Source of the DNA: Crocinitomicaceae bacterium
GTDB taxonomy: Bacteria > Bacteroidota > Bacteroidia > Flavobacteriales_D > Crocinitomicaceae
Reading direction: 5' to 3'
DNA: 64,000 nt
NCBI GenBank assembly: GCA_023262855.1
Contig: JALQYQ010000044.1
Coordinates: 4,616 to 68,615 of the forward strand
Below, piece after piece: positions 1-9,636 of the stretch. Position numbers and translations under genes: made by a program. How positions within the stretch are numbered: the first letter of the stretch is position 1; each line of letters opens with the position of its first letter. The notes under the pieces were generated by a model. That model was not told the DNA's origin and did not search any database. It saw only the letters and a program-made list of their open reading frames with translations.

Positions 1-500
1 AATTGAATCGCGGATTTTCTGAAAAAGAATTTAAAGATGAATTGGCAAAATTCATGGGAGAAAACATGGATGAGTTTTTTGCAAAATATGTGGATGGAAC
101 AGATGTCACTCCGTTAAATGAAACATTTGGTTTACTTGGAATCAATGTGGAGAGTGTTGGTTATGCCAAACCTTCTTTTGGAGCTAGTTTGCGCGAAGAT
201 GGTGGTAAAGTGATTGTGCGTTCAATTCGTTCAAATTCGTCTGCGGAAAATGCCGGATTGAGTGTAAATGATGAAATCATTGGATGCAACGGTTACCGTG
301 TGGATCAAAAGTCATTCGATGATTTTGTTGCTGGTTTATCAGCAGGAGATAAATTCTCAATCTTGATTTCGCGTGACGAGATTTTACTGGAATTGGAAGT
401 CTCGATGGAGAACTATTTGAAACCACAATATGTTTTCAAAGTTAATCCAAGTGATACTAAAAAGGCTCAATTGCGCTCGTACTGGTTGCGTACAATTTAA
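1..500 (+). CDS. M61-family (glycyl) aminopeptidase, C-terminal PDZ-containing fragment; 5' end lies outside the window
   Basis: The reading frame is open to the window edge. It has a PDZ-like segment (GLSVNDEIIGCNGYRV) and a tail typical of M61 peptidases. Confidence 0.6.
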   Translation, partial: LNRGFSEKEFKDELAKFMGENMDEFFAKYVDGTDVTPLNETFGLLGINVESVGYAKPSFGASLREDGGKVIVRSIRSNSSAENAGLSVNDEIIGCNGYRVDQKSFDDFVAGLSAGDKFSILISRDEILLELEVSMENYLKPQYVFKVNPSDTKKAQLRSYWLRTI

Positions 501-970
501 GTCAAACGGTCAATAATTGCTTCGTGTTCTGGGTATAAAGGCAATAATTCTGCTTTGGTAAACAATTCGAAATCTTCGAAATCAAATCCAGGCGCAACAA
601 CACAAGAGACAAGCGAATAACTGTTTTCTTGAAGTACAGATGAACCAAATATTGTGTTTTTTGGAACCAAGAATTGTGGTTGTTGGCCCGCTTCAAAGTC
701 TAATCCAACAGGATTCTCTGTATGACCATTTTCGTCTAATGTATGAACGATCAATGGGCTTCCTGCATGGTAGAACCAAAGTTCATCACTTTTGATTCTG
801 TGAAATCGTGAAACATTTGAAGAGGTTAAAAGGAAATAAATTCCTGTCATCAACTGGCGATTTTTTCCAGGAAAGTTTTCTTCAGATCGGTATGTTTCTT
901 TGTAAAAGCCACCTTCAGGATGTGGCAAAAGGTCTAATTTTTCGACCCAATAGGCAATTTCGTTTTCCAT
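497..970 (-). CDS. Cupin-fold protein, DUF985 family
   Basis: 157 aa. The N-terminal motif LLPHPEGGFYKETYRS is characteristic of DUF985 cupins. Confidence 0.65.
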   Translation of the reverse strand: MENEIAYWVEKLDLLPHPEGGFYKETYRSEENFPGKNRQLMTGIYFLLTSSNVSRFHRIKSDELWFYHAGSPLIVHTLDENGHTENPVGLDFEAGQQPQFLVPKNTIFGSSVLQENSYSLVSCVVAPGFDFEDFELFTKAELLPLYPEHEAIIDRLT

Positions 971-972
971 GC

Positions 973-1737
973 TTATAAGATTGGACCGTTTTGAAATTGT
1001 ACTCCGCTGTTGCGAATATTCGGAAAAAAGTACTTGAAATCGAGTGATAAATAAGAACCATCAATTTCAGCGTAAGCTAATTTCTTTATTCCTTGGTATT
1101 CATATTTCGCTACCATGTCGAAAACTGGCCCAATTGGAATGCGCCCAGATCCTCCAAGGTAGAAAAATCCTATTTTATCTGTTCTGAATTCAAAACCAAA
1201 ATTGGCATTCAATTCAATTCCTGCTTTTTTACGGACAACTCCCGTATGAGTGAAGGTAAACAATCCACCAGGTTTCGTAAGTACGCCAACATCAGTTGGT
1301 TTAAACGTGATAGCGGGACCCAATGATGCATTCATGTAAAAGCGTTCACTCATTTGAACATATACAAGTAAGTTTAACGGCATGTCATATTGAATGAAAC
1401 TTATTGAATTGGTAGCAAATACATTTGAATCAGCAATTGACATGTCGATTCCAAAATTGCGTTGTGTAAAATTAAGTCCTGTTTCAAATGCCAATAATTT
1501 TGTAAATCCAGCACGAACTGTTCCTCCAAATGAATAGCCCATTTTTTGACTTACAGTGGTTGAAAATTCACCATTTGAAAATGTCGTCGATGGTGTTCCG
1601 ATGAATTGTGTTGGAAAAACAGGCTTTACTTGTAAACCAAAATAGGAAGGAAACTTTTCTCTTTTCTGATTCGATTGAGAGAAAGCAAAACCAACGCAAA
1701 CTAGTGCAAGAGCGAGAACCTTTATTTTCATGGACAT
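973..1737 (-). CDS. Secreted outer-membrane beta-barrel protein
   Basis: Signal peptide (KVLALALVCVGFAFSQ), alternating beta-strand pattern, and aromatic-rich C-terminal strands. Confidence 0.5.
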   Translation of the reverse strand: MSMKIKVLALALVCVGFAFSQSNQKREKFPSYFGLQVKPVFPTQFIGTPSTTFSNGEFSTTVSQKMGYSFGGTVRAGFTKLLAFETGLNFTQRNFGIDMSIADSNVFATNSISFIQYDMPLNLLVYVQMSERFYMNASLGPAITFKPTDVGVLTKPGGLFTFTHTGVVRKKAGIELNANFGFEFRTDKIGFFYLGGSGRIPIGPVFDMVAKYEYQGIKKLAYAEIDGSYLSLDFKYFFPNIRNSGVQFQNGPIL

Positions 1738-1806
1738 AACAACGCGAAGAAAACTATTTTATTTGGATTTTTAAACTTGAATGAGTGAACGGTAAGAATT
1801 GTTGAG

Positions 1807-2394
1807 TTATTCATTGATCCATTCAGTTGTATATTCCAATGGTTTACGATGCGCTTTTGGCCATTCAATTGCAGGATAACCGATGTAAAATAAGCCTAAA
1901 CATTTGTCTTTTTCTCCCAATCCAAGAAATTCATTCATCTGAGGAGTATAAATCAATTTCGGTGTAGCCCAAAATCCTCCTAGTCCATAAGCAGTGCACG
2001 ATAAATGCATGTTTTGAATTGCGCAAGCGACAGCTTCAATTTCCTCGATTTCAAGAATTTTTTCTTCTACTTGACGTTCCATACAAACGGCAATGACTAC
2101 AGAAGATTTCATTGGACGTGTAAGCATTTTAGCCAATTTCATGTCGTTTTGTTGCTCTTTTGGGGTCAATTCTAAATAGGTTTTACCTAGGAAGTCAGCC
2201 AGTTTTTGGCGACCATCTTCCATGAACACTTTGAAGCGCCACGGTTGCGTGTTACCATGTGTTGGAGCCCATTGAGCGTTGTTGAGAATTAATTCGATTT
2301 GTTCCTTGTGAACTTTACGATCACTGAATTGCTCTGGATAAATTGTTCGACGATTGCGAATTAGTTCGTTGACCTCTGAAAGATTGAATCTCAT
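1807..2394 (-). CDS. Nitroreductase family protein
   Basis: 195 aa. The N-terminal RRTIYPEQF and APTHGNTQPWRF motifs are typical of the NAD(P)H nitroreductase fold. Confidence 0.8.
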   Translation of the reverse strand: MRFNLSEVNELIRNRRTIYPEQFSDRKVHKEQIELILNNAQWAPTHGNTQPWRFKVFMEDGRQKLADFLGKTYLELTPKEQQNDMKLAKMLTRPMKSSVVIAVCMERQVEEKILEIEEIEAVACAIQNMHLSCTAYGLGGFWATPKLIYTPQMNEFLGLGEKDKCLGLFYIGYPAIEWPKAHRKPLEYTTEWINE

Positions 2395-2441
2395 GCTATT
2401 GTAATTTCTTACAAAAGTACATTTTCTAGTTCATCTAAAAA

Positions 2442-3908
2442 TCAATTTCCTTCTTGCAATTCTTTATTCACTTTTTGAATGTAGAAAAAGCTTCTGTCAA
2501 TTGTTTCATACGAACCATTTGGCATTGGACCTAAAGCAGGAGCACCAACGACATAGCCGTAGCCATCCAATAAAACATAACCAGGATAGGTCTCAATTTT
2601 ATAGTTTTTCCAGACTGCATTGGATTCGTCAACTTGGAATTTTTCCCAAGGAATTGTATCTATGTATGCTTTTAAATCTTCAGCTTTGTACTCCTTTTTC
2701 GGGTAAATGGTAATGAATTGAACATCATCTTTGTAGAGTTCATACAATTTTTTCAAAGGTTCTAACTCTATCGTACTTTTAGATGAAGCAGGATCGTAGA
2801 AGTGAATGTACAAATGTTTTTTATTGTAATTAGCCAAGGTTTTACTTTCTCCAGCTGTATTTTTTAGTATAAAATCAGGCGCTTTCCCACCAACAGTTAA
2901 CTCAGTCAAACGCAATTTCATATTACGAGCAATAACAGCGTTTGCATCAAATAAACTGTGGTTTGCTACACTGTCAAGAACCGTTAATATGTTTGTTTGA
3001 GGAAAATCTTTTGAATAAAATTCTTCAGATAACATTTTTATCATCACCATTTCACGCAGACGCATATTGATCAATGTGTATTCTGAACCAAGAGCACGCA
3101 TGATTAGTGTTGGACTGCTTTTCAATAAGCCTAGGTAAACACGGTTATTTGTCTCCATGGATAGGCGAGGAGTCATTTTCTCATAAAACGCATTGATATA
3201 CCCCATGTATTCGTCATTTTGATATTCCACGGGAGAATGTTTAATGTAGAAATCATGTTTTTCGTAACGATTGCGTTCTGCAGCAAATTGAATGTTGTCC
3301 AATGAAGCAAAACTATAGCGCACAAATACTTTTAAATAATTCTCAGGACTTCCTTTGGCGAACTTTTCCAGGGTGTCGTTCAAATTGTATTTCTTCTCAA
3401 CAATTGTTTTGAATTCATCCATTTTCGTAGCGAATTCCAATGGCTTCGATTGACGTAAATAGAAATAATTACCTATAAAGTCGTCTGACCAACGTTGAAA
3501 TTGAAGAATGTTATAGTTAATATCAGTCGTGTCTAAATTGAAAAATGTGATTTCAACATTGTTTCCATTTGGTCGATACGGTTCGTATTTGTCTTTTGCA
3601 GGAATATAAATATCGTAAACACCATTCGGTTGAATGTACAAGAAACTCTTGTTTTTATTGGCGCGTATGATGATTTTTTGCGTTTCATTAGCGAAGAAAC
3701 TTACGGAAAATGTACTATCCGGTAGAACTGTTGTTGAAGCAATGCGACTTTCCATCATTGAAAAATAATCTTCAATTGCCATGAACGAAATCGTTTGTCC
3801 TACATAACTTGGTGCAGTTCCTTTGATCGTAACCAGCTTTTTATCCTGCCCGAAACTTGTCAAAACATTGATAAGAAGAATGAAAATAAGAAGAATGCGC
3901 TTGTTCAT
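2442..3908 (-). CDS. Secreted thioredoxin-fold (TlpA/redoxin-like) protein lacking the CxxC active site
   Basis: Signal peptide. The C-terminal GKAPDFILKN..KTLANY..KHLYIHFYDPASSKS aligns to the APDF...VLLDFWASWCGPC region of the active paralogues at 31680-33974, but has no cysteines. Confidence 0.5.
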   Translation of the reverse strand: MNKRILLIFILLINVLTSFGQDKKLVTIKGTAPSYVGQTISFMAIEDYFSMMESRIASTTVLPDSTFSVSFFANETQKIIIRANKNKSFLYIQPNGVYDIYIPAKDKYEPYRPNGNNVEITFFNLDTTDINYNILQFQRWSDDFIGNYFYLRQSKPLEFATKMDEFKTIVEKKYNLNDTLEKFAKGSPENYLKVFVRYSFASLDNIQFAAERNRYEKHDFYIKHSPVEYQNDEYMGYINAFYEKMTPRLSMETNNRVYLGLLKSSPTLIMRALGSEYTLINMRLREMVMIKMLSEEFYSKDFPQTNILTVLDSVANHSLFDANAVIARNMKLRLTELTVGGKAPDFILKNTAGESKTLANYNKKHLYIHFYDPASSKSTIELEPLKKLYELYKDDVQFITIYPKKEYKAEDLKAYIDTIPWEKFQVDESNAVWKNYKIETYPGYVLLDGYGYVVGAPALGPMPNGSYETIDRSFFYIQKVNKELQEGN

Positions 3909-3951
3909 TTCAGTTTGTTTTTTCTAGCCGTTACATAATTTGTACCACAGA

Positions 3952-4410
3952 TTAAACGAGCAGATTGGCATTTGTTACAAACAAAGAAATATCGCCCTTG
4001 TTTTTATAGATTTCTCGCACAATTGTCGCATTTATTGCTGCATATTCTTGATTGGTTAACAAAAACACTGTTTCAATGCCACTCAAGGTAGTGTTCATGT
4101 GAGCAATCGAACGCTCATATTCAAAGTCTTTTGAATCGCGCAATCCACGTACAATGTGCGAAGCACCTATTTCTTTGCAAAAATCAACGGTTAAACACGA
4201 ATACGTTTCAATGCGCAAGCGAGATTCATGTTCAAACAGCGAACGAATGTGGCTTTTTCGTTTTTCGAGATCAAACAAATAAGCCTTCGAACTATTCACT
4301 CCAATTGCAATGACAATTTCATCGAATAGGTTCAACGCACTATGAACAACTGCTTCATGTCCTTTTGTGAAAGGATCAAATGACCCAGGAAATACACCTA
4401 TTTTTTTCAT
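3952..4410 (-). CDS. coaD: Phosphopantetheine adenylyltransferase
   Basis: 152 aa. N-terminal GVFPGSFDPFTKGH nucleotidyltransferase motif; size and layout are typical of CoaD. Confidence 0.9.
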   Translation of the reverse strand: MKKIGVFPGSFDPFTKGHEAVVHSALNLFDEIVIAIGVNSSKAYLFDLEKRKSHIRSLFEHESRLRIETYSCLTVDFCKEIGASHIVRGLRDSKDFEYERSIAHMNTTLSGIETVFLLTNQEYAAINATIVREIYKNKGDISLFVTNANLLV

Positions 4411-4421
4411 GCTTTGAGCTT

Positions 4422-4979
4422 TTAATCATTGGTTTCAGCTTCTTCCGTGCGGAAAAAGCTGAAATAAACGTTTCCATATTGGCGCACTAGTTCGAAATGT
4501 GTTTTCTCTTCTAATTTCGTGTGGCGACCGTGTTCGATTATTAATAATCCACCTTCATTCAAGAGCTGACGTTCGAATACGATTTCAGCAATTTCGTGGT
4601 GGAATTTATATTCGTAGGGAGGATCAGCAAAGATCAAATCGAATTTTCGTTCTGTTTTGTTTAAGTAAAGCAGAATGTCGGATTTGATAGTTTCTAAATG
4701 TTCCTTTATTCCTAATTCAGCTGCATTTTTCGTGATAAATCGCAGGCAATTTGAATTTTGATCCACGGCCGTTACGTTTCCTGCTTCTCTTGAAATGAAT
4801 TCAAAGGAAATGTTCCCTGTTCCGGCACATAAATCCAAAATTTCTAAATCATACAGAGCCATTTGATGTTCAAGCACGTTGAATAATCCTTCTTTGGCAA
4901 AATCCGTTGTCGGACGTGAAGGAAAACTCTTTGGCACTGAAAAACGTCGAGCTTTTAATGTTCCGCTAATTATACGCAC
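4422..4979 (-). CDS. rsmD: 16S rRNA (guanine966-N2)-methyltransferase
   Basis: 185 aa. It has the LDLCAGTG SAM motif and the DPPY catalytic motif, and the conserved rsmD-coaD neighbourhood. Confidence 0.85.
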   Translation of the reverse strand: MRIISGTLKARRFSVPKSFPSRPTTDFAKEGLFNVLEHQMALYDLEILDLCAGTGNISFEFISREAGNVTAVDQNSNCLRFITKNAAELGIKEHLETIKSDILLYLNKTERKFDLIFADPPYEYKFHHEIAEIVFERQLLNEGGLLIIEHGRHTKLEEKTHFELVRQYGNVYFSFFRTEEAETND

Positions 4980-5725
4980 AGTTGTTGAGATTTAATGATC
5001 AAGTCAGAATTGACTAGAATAGTTGATGATTTTAAATCAGCAAAAGCGCTGAATTTAGTATGCAGTTCATTGATTTTTTCTTCTGAGGATCCAACGCCAG
5101 GACAAATTTGTAAGGTTCCACTTTCTTTATTCAATCCTTTTTGTTGTAAGGTAAATAAAGTGTGGTAAATGATGTCTTCATTCTCGTTGAAATCGAAAAC
5201 ACTGTAAAATTCTAATTTGTTTTCTTTCACAATTGACAATAAAACGTGGTGATCATAAACCACTAAGGTTGTTTTAAGTTTAAATGCATTCTCTGCAAAA
5301 ATTCCGCGAAGCAAATGCGAACCCTCGTGCTGAATAATGGAGCGTGGATAGCGAATTACAAAAAATGATTTTACCCATAATGGAATTTCATAGATATTCA
5401 CCATTCCGTGCTCTGGAATTCGATTGTAATCAATGTGATTTGAAGGAATTTGATCGCCGTAACACAATTTAAAAATGCTTTCCGGTTTACTTTCTCCAAA
5501 AATATTCGCTGGAATTAACGTTGTTCGTTTGCTTGACCAAGAAATGGTTTGCTCATCAAATTCTTCATTTTTCAGGCCTGAATCAACCAAAAACTCATCC
5601 AATTGTTCCTTGTAGCGATAATCTTTCTTATCGGTAAAGGTGTAATTATAGGATTTTGTCATTCCGTTTTCTACTACAGAAAAACGAACTGCTGTCTCTG
5701 ATAATTCGATGGATAAATGCTTCAC
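4970..5725 (-). CDS. DUF3822-family protein
   Basis: 251 aa. It overlaps the rsmD start by 10 nt. Its position upstream of rsmD-coaD is the usual Bacteroidota context for DUF3822. This is family recognition by context and size only. Confidence 0.45.
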   Translation of the reverse strand: MKHLSIELSETAVRFSVVENGMTKSYNYTFTDKKDYRYKEQLDEFLVDSGLKNEEFDEQTISWSSKRTTLIPANIFGESKPESIFKLCYGDQIPSNHIDYNRIPEHGMVNIYEIPLWVKSFFVIRYPRSIIQHEGSHLLRGIFAENAFKLKTTLVVYDHHVLLSIVKENKLEFYSVFDFNENEDIIYHTLFTLQQKGLNKESGTLQICPGVGSSEEKINELHTKFSAFADLKSSTILVNSDLIIKSQQLCV

Positions 5726-5898
5726 GTTAATTTATTTCCTTTTGAACGAGTTAAAAGTACGATTTTTTGAGTGATTATTTTCGAAAAGTTCAATCGAAGG
5801 TTTTAACAAAATGAATAGTTTTTGTTATCATTGTGGGACTAACCGATTTGAAATCAAACCACGCTGCTAATAGTCATGTGCTTATTTTAACTAAACGT

Positions 5899-6735
5899 AT
5901 GTCAAATCAATCAACTGAAAATAAACTTCTAACAAGCATGCTTCGTTGTCTTTTTATTTGTGTTGTGCTGGTATTTTCAGCTCAAACTGCGCATTCAAGA
6001 GATGTTGTTAAACGCGAGAAGTCAAACAAAGCGGTGATAGAAGAGCGCGAAGCAATTGTCATTTTATCTGGTTTTGGTTCTTTGTATCATTCGACGCGCA
6101 ACCAGGTTAAGAATTTTCAAGGAAAAGGATTTGATTTGTTTATTCCAGATTACATATCGCGCTCATCGTTAGAGGATTGTTCTGAAAATTTGGAGAAATT
6201 TATTTCAAAGCACAAACTGAAATCGTACAAAAAAGTGCATGTTTTTTCATACATTATTGGAGGTTGGACCTTGAACACCTATTTGAAGACGCATGAATGG
6301 CAAAATTTGAGTTCCATTGTTTACGATCGAAGTCCCTTGCAAGAAACCTTACCTGGAATTTTATCGCGTGAAAAGCCGACAATGAGTCGTGTATTGTTTG
6401 GTAAATTGATCAAAGAACTAGCAGAAACGCCTTATTTTCCTTCGACATTAAAACAATGTAAGGTTGGTTTGTTGATTGAAACAAAAGCAACAAAGACACT
6501 TTATCATAACAAAGAATCGTTCATGAAATTACCTGAGGTTTCGTATGTTGTAACTGATTTTCAACAGCAATTTTCAGATTATTTTTATACCTACCAAAGT
6601 CATGATGATTTGTATGTGGCATTGGAATTTCCAGCACCAAAAATTATTTCATTTTTTAAAACAGGAACGTTTGGAAATGAAGTAGAGCGAGTTTATCAGT
6701 TGCGCAATCCTTTTGAAGTTTACGAAAAGAAGTGA
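5899..6735 (+). CDS. Secreted hypothetical protein, possibly alpha/beta fold
   Basis: The ORF-track start (GTG 5833) was trimmed to ATG 5899. Signal peptide-like MLRCLFICVVLVFSAQTAHS. Its stop overlaps the next gene's start (GTGA). Confidence 0.35.
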   Translation: MSNQSTENKLLTSMLRCLFICVVLVFSAQTAHSRDVVKREKSNKAVIEEREAIVILSGFGSLYHSTRNQVKNFQGKGFDLFIPDYISRSSLEDCSENLEKFISKHKLKSYKKVHVFSYIIGGWTLNTYLKTHEWQNLSSIVYDRSPLQETLPGILSREKPTMSRVLFGKLIKELAETPYFPSTLKQCKVGLLIETKATKTLYHNKESFMKLPEVSYVVTDFQQQFSDYFYTYQSHDDLYVALEFPAPKIISFFKTGTFGNEVERVYQLRNPFEVYEKK

Positions 6736-7544
6736 CCAGGAAAAATCAAATAGTACTTTTATTTTGCATTGCAACTCAATCCTTGTTATGTGCTGGCTAT
6801 TTGTTGTCGAAAGAAGTTGATTTGATTCAGTTTCTGCTTACTTCTTGGGTTGGATTGAGCGGAACAATTTTGATTTATGGATTTGACTTTGGCTACGGGG
6901 CTGGAAAGAAAGTTGTTAATTACTTGAGAAATAGTCGTCAACATCCTTGGCAATCCATCTTTTTGGTCCAATTTATTTTTGTTTCCTTGCCTTTGGCTTT
7001 CTATTTTTTGTCTTGGAATCGAATTCTTACCATTGGATTAATTGGAGCAATTGGATTTATCTATTCCTTACACTTTCCTTTTGTTAAGGAAGGATTCCGT
7101 TTCAAACGACTATTCATTGTTAAAAATATATTTATTGGATTTGCTTGGGGTGCTTTGATTTTAGTTGGAGCTGGTACACTTGAGAATCAACTTGGAAATT
7201 TACTTTTCTGGTTCATGTCCCTTCAAATTGTTGTGGGAAGTATTGTGCGCGATTGTGCTGATACAGAACATGATGAAAAATTAGGCGTTAAAACTTTGCC
7301 CTTGAAATTTGGAATAAAACGAACGATTCCGAGTTTGCACCTTGCAAATTTAAGTACTGGGCTTGTTATTGTGGCATTACCTTTTCAGGCGACCTTATTT
7401 TGGGTTATTTGTTTGACTGTTTTGTGGCGGACTTTCGTTATTTGGAAAGTAGGACATAACCAAGGTGCAATGTTTTGGACGCAAACCTTAAACATTCTCA
7501 CGTGTTTAGTTTTCTTTTTCTTACTTTTAATTGTTTCAATTTAG
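6732..7544 (+). CDS. UbiA-superfamily prenyltransferase-like polytopic membrane protein
   Basis: About 8 hydrophobic segments. The second Asp-rich motif DCADTEHDEKLGVKTLP (DxxDxxxD) is present. I could not find the canonical first NDxxDxxxD motif. Confidence 0.55.
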   Translation: MTRKNQIVLLFCIATQSLLCAGYLLSKEVDLIQFLLTSWVGLSGTILIYGFDFGYGAGKKVVNYLRNSRQHPWQSIFLVQFIFVSLPLAFYFLSWNRILTIGLIGAIGFIYSLHFPFVKEGFRFKRLFIVKNIFIGFAWGALILVGAGTLENQLGNLLFWFMSLQIVVGSIVRDCADTEHDEKLGVKTLPLKFGIKRTIPSLHLANLSTGLVIVALPFQATLFWVICLTVLWRTFVIWKVGHNQGAMFWTQTLNILTCLVFFFLLLIVSI

Positions 7545-7549
7545 AGATT

Positions 7550-8038
7550 ATGACAATCGATCCAACTTATTTTGCTGTTGCTATTTTAAGTTCAGCGACC
7601 ATTTTTACAAGTGCTTGGTGGTTGGATGCACGAACGCATTCCCGCTTAGTGAAAGTCGATATTACTGATCGTGAATTGCAAACGCATCGCATTTTGATCT
7701 TGACTTCTGGATTAATGGAGTTTTCGCTTGTTTTGATGTATTGGTTGGACATTGAAATTCTGCCTTTGTTCATTGCTGCTTTGGTAACGCGAACAGCTCA
7801 TGAATTCATCGATGAATTGCGCTATCATACAGATCGTTGTACATTTTATGAAACGATACTTCACCTAATTATGTGGATTTCGGTCATTTCAAAGACATGT
7901 TTTCTCTTCATTTGGGGATTTTTCTCGCATTACAGAGGAATCGAAACGCTTCATCCAGCCTTTTATGTGTGGGGTGGAATCATTGTGCTTTTGATGGGAT
8001 TGATTAGTATGAAGGAATGGTTCCAAGGGAAGAGTTGA
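7550..8038 (+). CDS. Four-helix integral membrane protein, unknown function
   Basis: Start trimmed to ATG 7550, 5 nt after the UbiA-like stop. Four hydrophobic segments and a His/acidic patch TAHEFIDELRYH. Confidence 0.4.
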   Translation: MTIDPTYFAVAILSSATIFTSAWWLDARTHSRLVKVDITDRELQTHRILILTSGLMEFSLVLMYWLDIEILPLFIAALVTRTAHEFIDELRYHTDRCTFYETILHLIMWISVISKTCFLFIWGFFSHYRGIETLHPAFYVWGGIIVLLMGLISMKEWFQGKS

Positions 8039-8176
8039 GGAATGAAGGAATTGAGTAAATGTATTAATGAGTAAATAAATTCATTTACAACTATTATTAA
8101 TTAGAAAGGAACATCATTTTTCGGATTATAAATGCTCAATGCAGTTCTGGAGTAAATTTGTAACATTACAATATAG

Positions 8177-8208
8177 CAACTTTGCAAATTAACAACTTTG
8201 CAAATTAA
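8177..8208. repeat. Two tandem 16-bp units (caactttgcaaattaa), each containing the palindrome TTTGCAAA
   Basis: Two exact direct copies at 8177-8192 and 8193-8208, plus a degenerate third. They lie in a convergent intergenic gap. Confidence 0.9.
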
Positions 8209-8304
8209 CAATCTTACTTAAAACCCCCGATTTTAGTGATTTTCACAAGCATTTTATGTTTATTACACCCTTTGTCTTGAATCAGTAAATTCTAAAATTC
8301 CATT

Positions 8305-8829
8305 CTATTTCCTCTCCATCATCTTTGCTCGTATCATAGTTGGATCATATTCAAAGTATTCCAAACCCATTCTATGTGCTAATTGCTTGGCGATTTCAAC
8401 GCTTTGAGAACGTTGTCCAAATCGGGTTAAATCTGTTTTGTTGCGGTAATTTACATTCAATAAACAAAGACCAAATTTGTAATCTGTATTACTAACAGAG
8501 CTTATACGTGAATATGCTGTCACGGTTTCTTTAACAGGAATTACCGTTATGTATTGAAAATTACCATAGTTTTTTTTCTTCTTGATTTTGAAAAAACCAA
8601 ATAGTTTCGTGTAAAAAACAACAACTTTTTGTTCTGGAAGAATATCAATGCCTTCTCGTGTAAATGTAATAAGTGCCCCAATCACAATTCCGATTGTACC
8701 GACAATCCAATCGCCGAGCAATAGGAGTACTGAAATTCCTAAAATGATGTAGCCAATTAAAAGCACATTTGAAGGTGAAACCTTTCCATTGTTATAGCTG
8801 AGTGCTACAGGTTTGTCAAGTTGATCCAT
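8305..8829 (-). CDS. Small membrane protein (2 TM plus soluble C-terminal domain); paralogue of 43866-44396
   Basis: Its start codon directly abuts the stop of the upstream GNAT gene. It shares the TM pair, a GI(D/E).D...K..Y..LF core and a basic R.K.M.ER tail with the 43866-44396 product. Confidence 0.4.
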   Translation of the reverse strand: MDQLDKPVALSYNNGKVSPSNVLLIGYIILGISVLLLLGDWIVGTIGIVIGALITFTREGIDILPEQKVVVFYTKLFGFFKIKKKKNYGNFQYITVIPVKETVTAYSRISSVSNTDYKFGLCLLNVNYRNKTDLTRFGQRSQSVEIAKQLAHRMGLEYFEYDPTMIRAKMMERK

Positions 8830-9567
8830 TTATTGAAGCTTTGAAAAGTTAGCTAATAATGCAAGTATTCCCCAAAATAGCCATGGAATACTAATCGGTA
8901 CCAATGTCCACCAGATTTTGTTTCTTATTGGCAGTTTATGTAGCCAATAAAGAAGAATAAGAAAACCATATACAGCGGTCAAAATCATCACAAAAAATGG
9001 ATTGATCATTAAAATAACTGAAGTAATTAATGCAGTGCGATGTAGAAAGATAATTCGAGGTACATTTTGTTTTTTTTGAAGTTCATAAACAATTGTATCC
9101 TCACCATTCTCTCTGTCTTTCTCAAGGACTTCAGCCACTGTAAATCCGAATTTTCGGTAAATCGAATTCGCTGGATTGTGTGCATTGGTTTCAAGGTAAA
9201 TCGAATTCCAACTGGTGTTTTCTGTTTCGAGGTAGTTGAAAAATGTTCCAAGCATTTTCGCCATCAATCCTTTCCTACGAAAATGTGGAAGAAGTAATAA
9301 GGCTTCCATGTGAATTCGTTCGTTCTCTGCTTTGTAAGATAGATATCCAATCGCTTCATTGTTCATGAAACATTCTAATAGGATAAAATTCTCCGTGGTA
9401 TAATAGTTTTTCCATGTTTCTAAATTCCCTTCAATGGCGTAATAGTCTGTTCCAACATATTTTTGTTGGCGAATCCAATCGCTTTCCCAAAGTAGGTAAT
9501 ACTGCATGAAAAAGCGTTCGAACTCAATCGGTAGATCAATAATTTTGAAAGAAAAAGCGCTTTCCAT
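8830..9567 (-). CDS. GNAT N-acetyltransferase fused to a C-terminal two/three-helix membrane domain
   Basis: GNAT motif A (LLLPHFRRKGLMAKML) and NPANSIYRKFGF. The last ~80 aa are hydrophobic helices. Confidence 0.6.
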   Translation of the reverse strand: MESAFSFKIIDLPIEFERFFMQYYLLWESDWIRQQKYVGTDYYAIEGNLETWKNYYTTENFILLECFMNNEAIGYLSYKAENERIHMEALLLLPHFRRKGLMAKMLGTFFNYLETENTSWNSIYLETNAHNPANSIYRKFGFTVAEVLEKDRENGEDTIVYELQKKQNVPRIIFLHRTALITSVILMINPFFVMILTAVYGFLILLYWLHKLPIRNKIWWTLVPISIPWLFWGILALLANFSKLQ

Positions 9568-9636
9568 GGAGAAACGAAGATAGGGAAATTTGGAGTTTAT
9601 CTATGTATTCTTTGTTATTCTCCTTACCTTTAAGCT

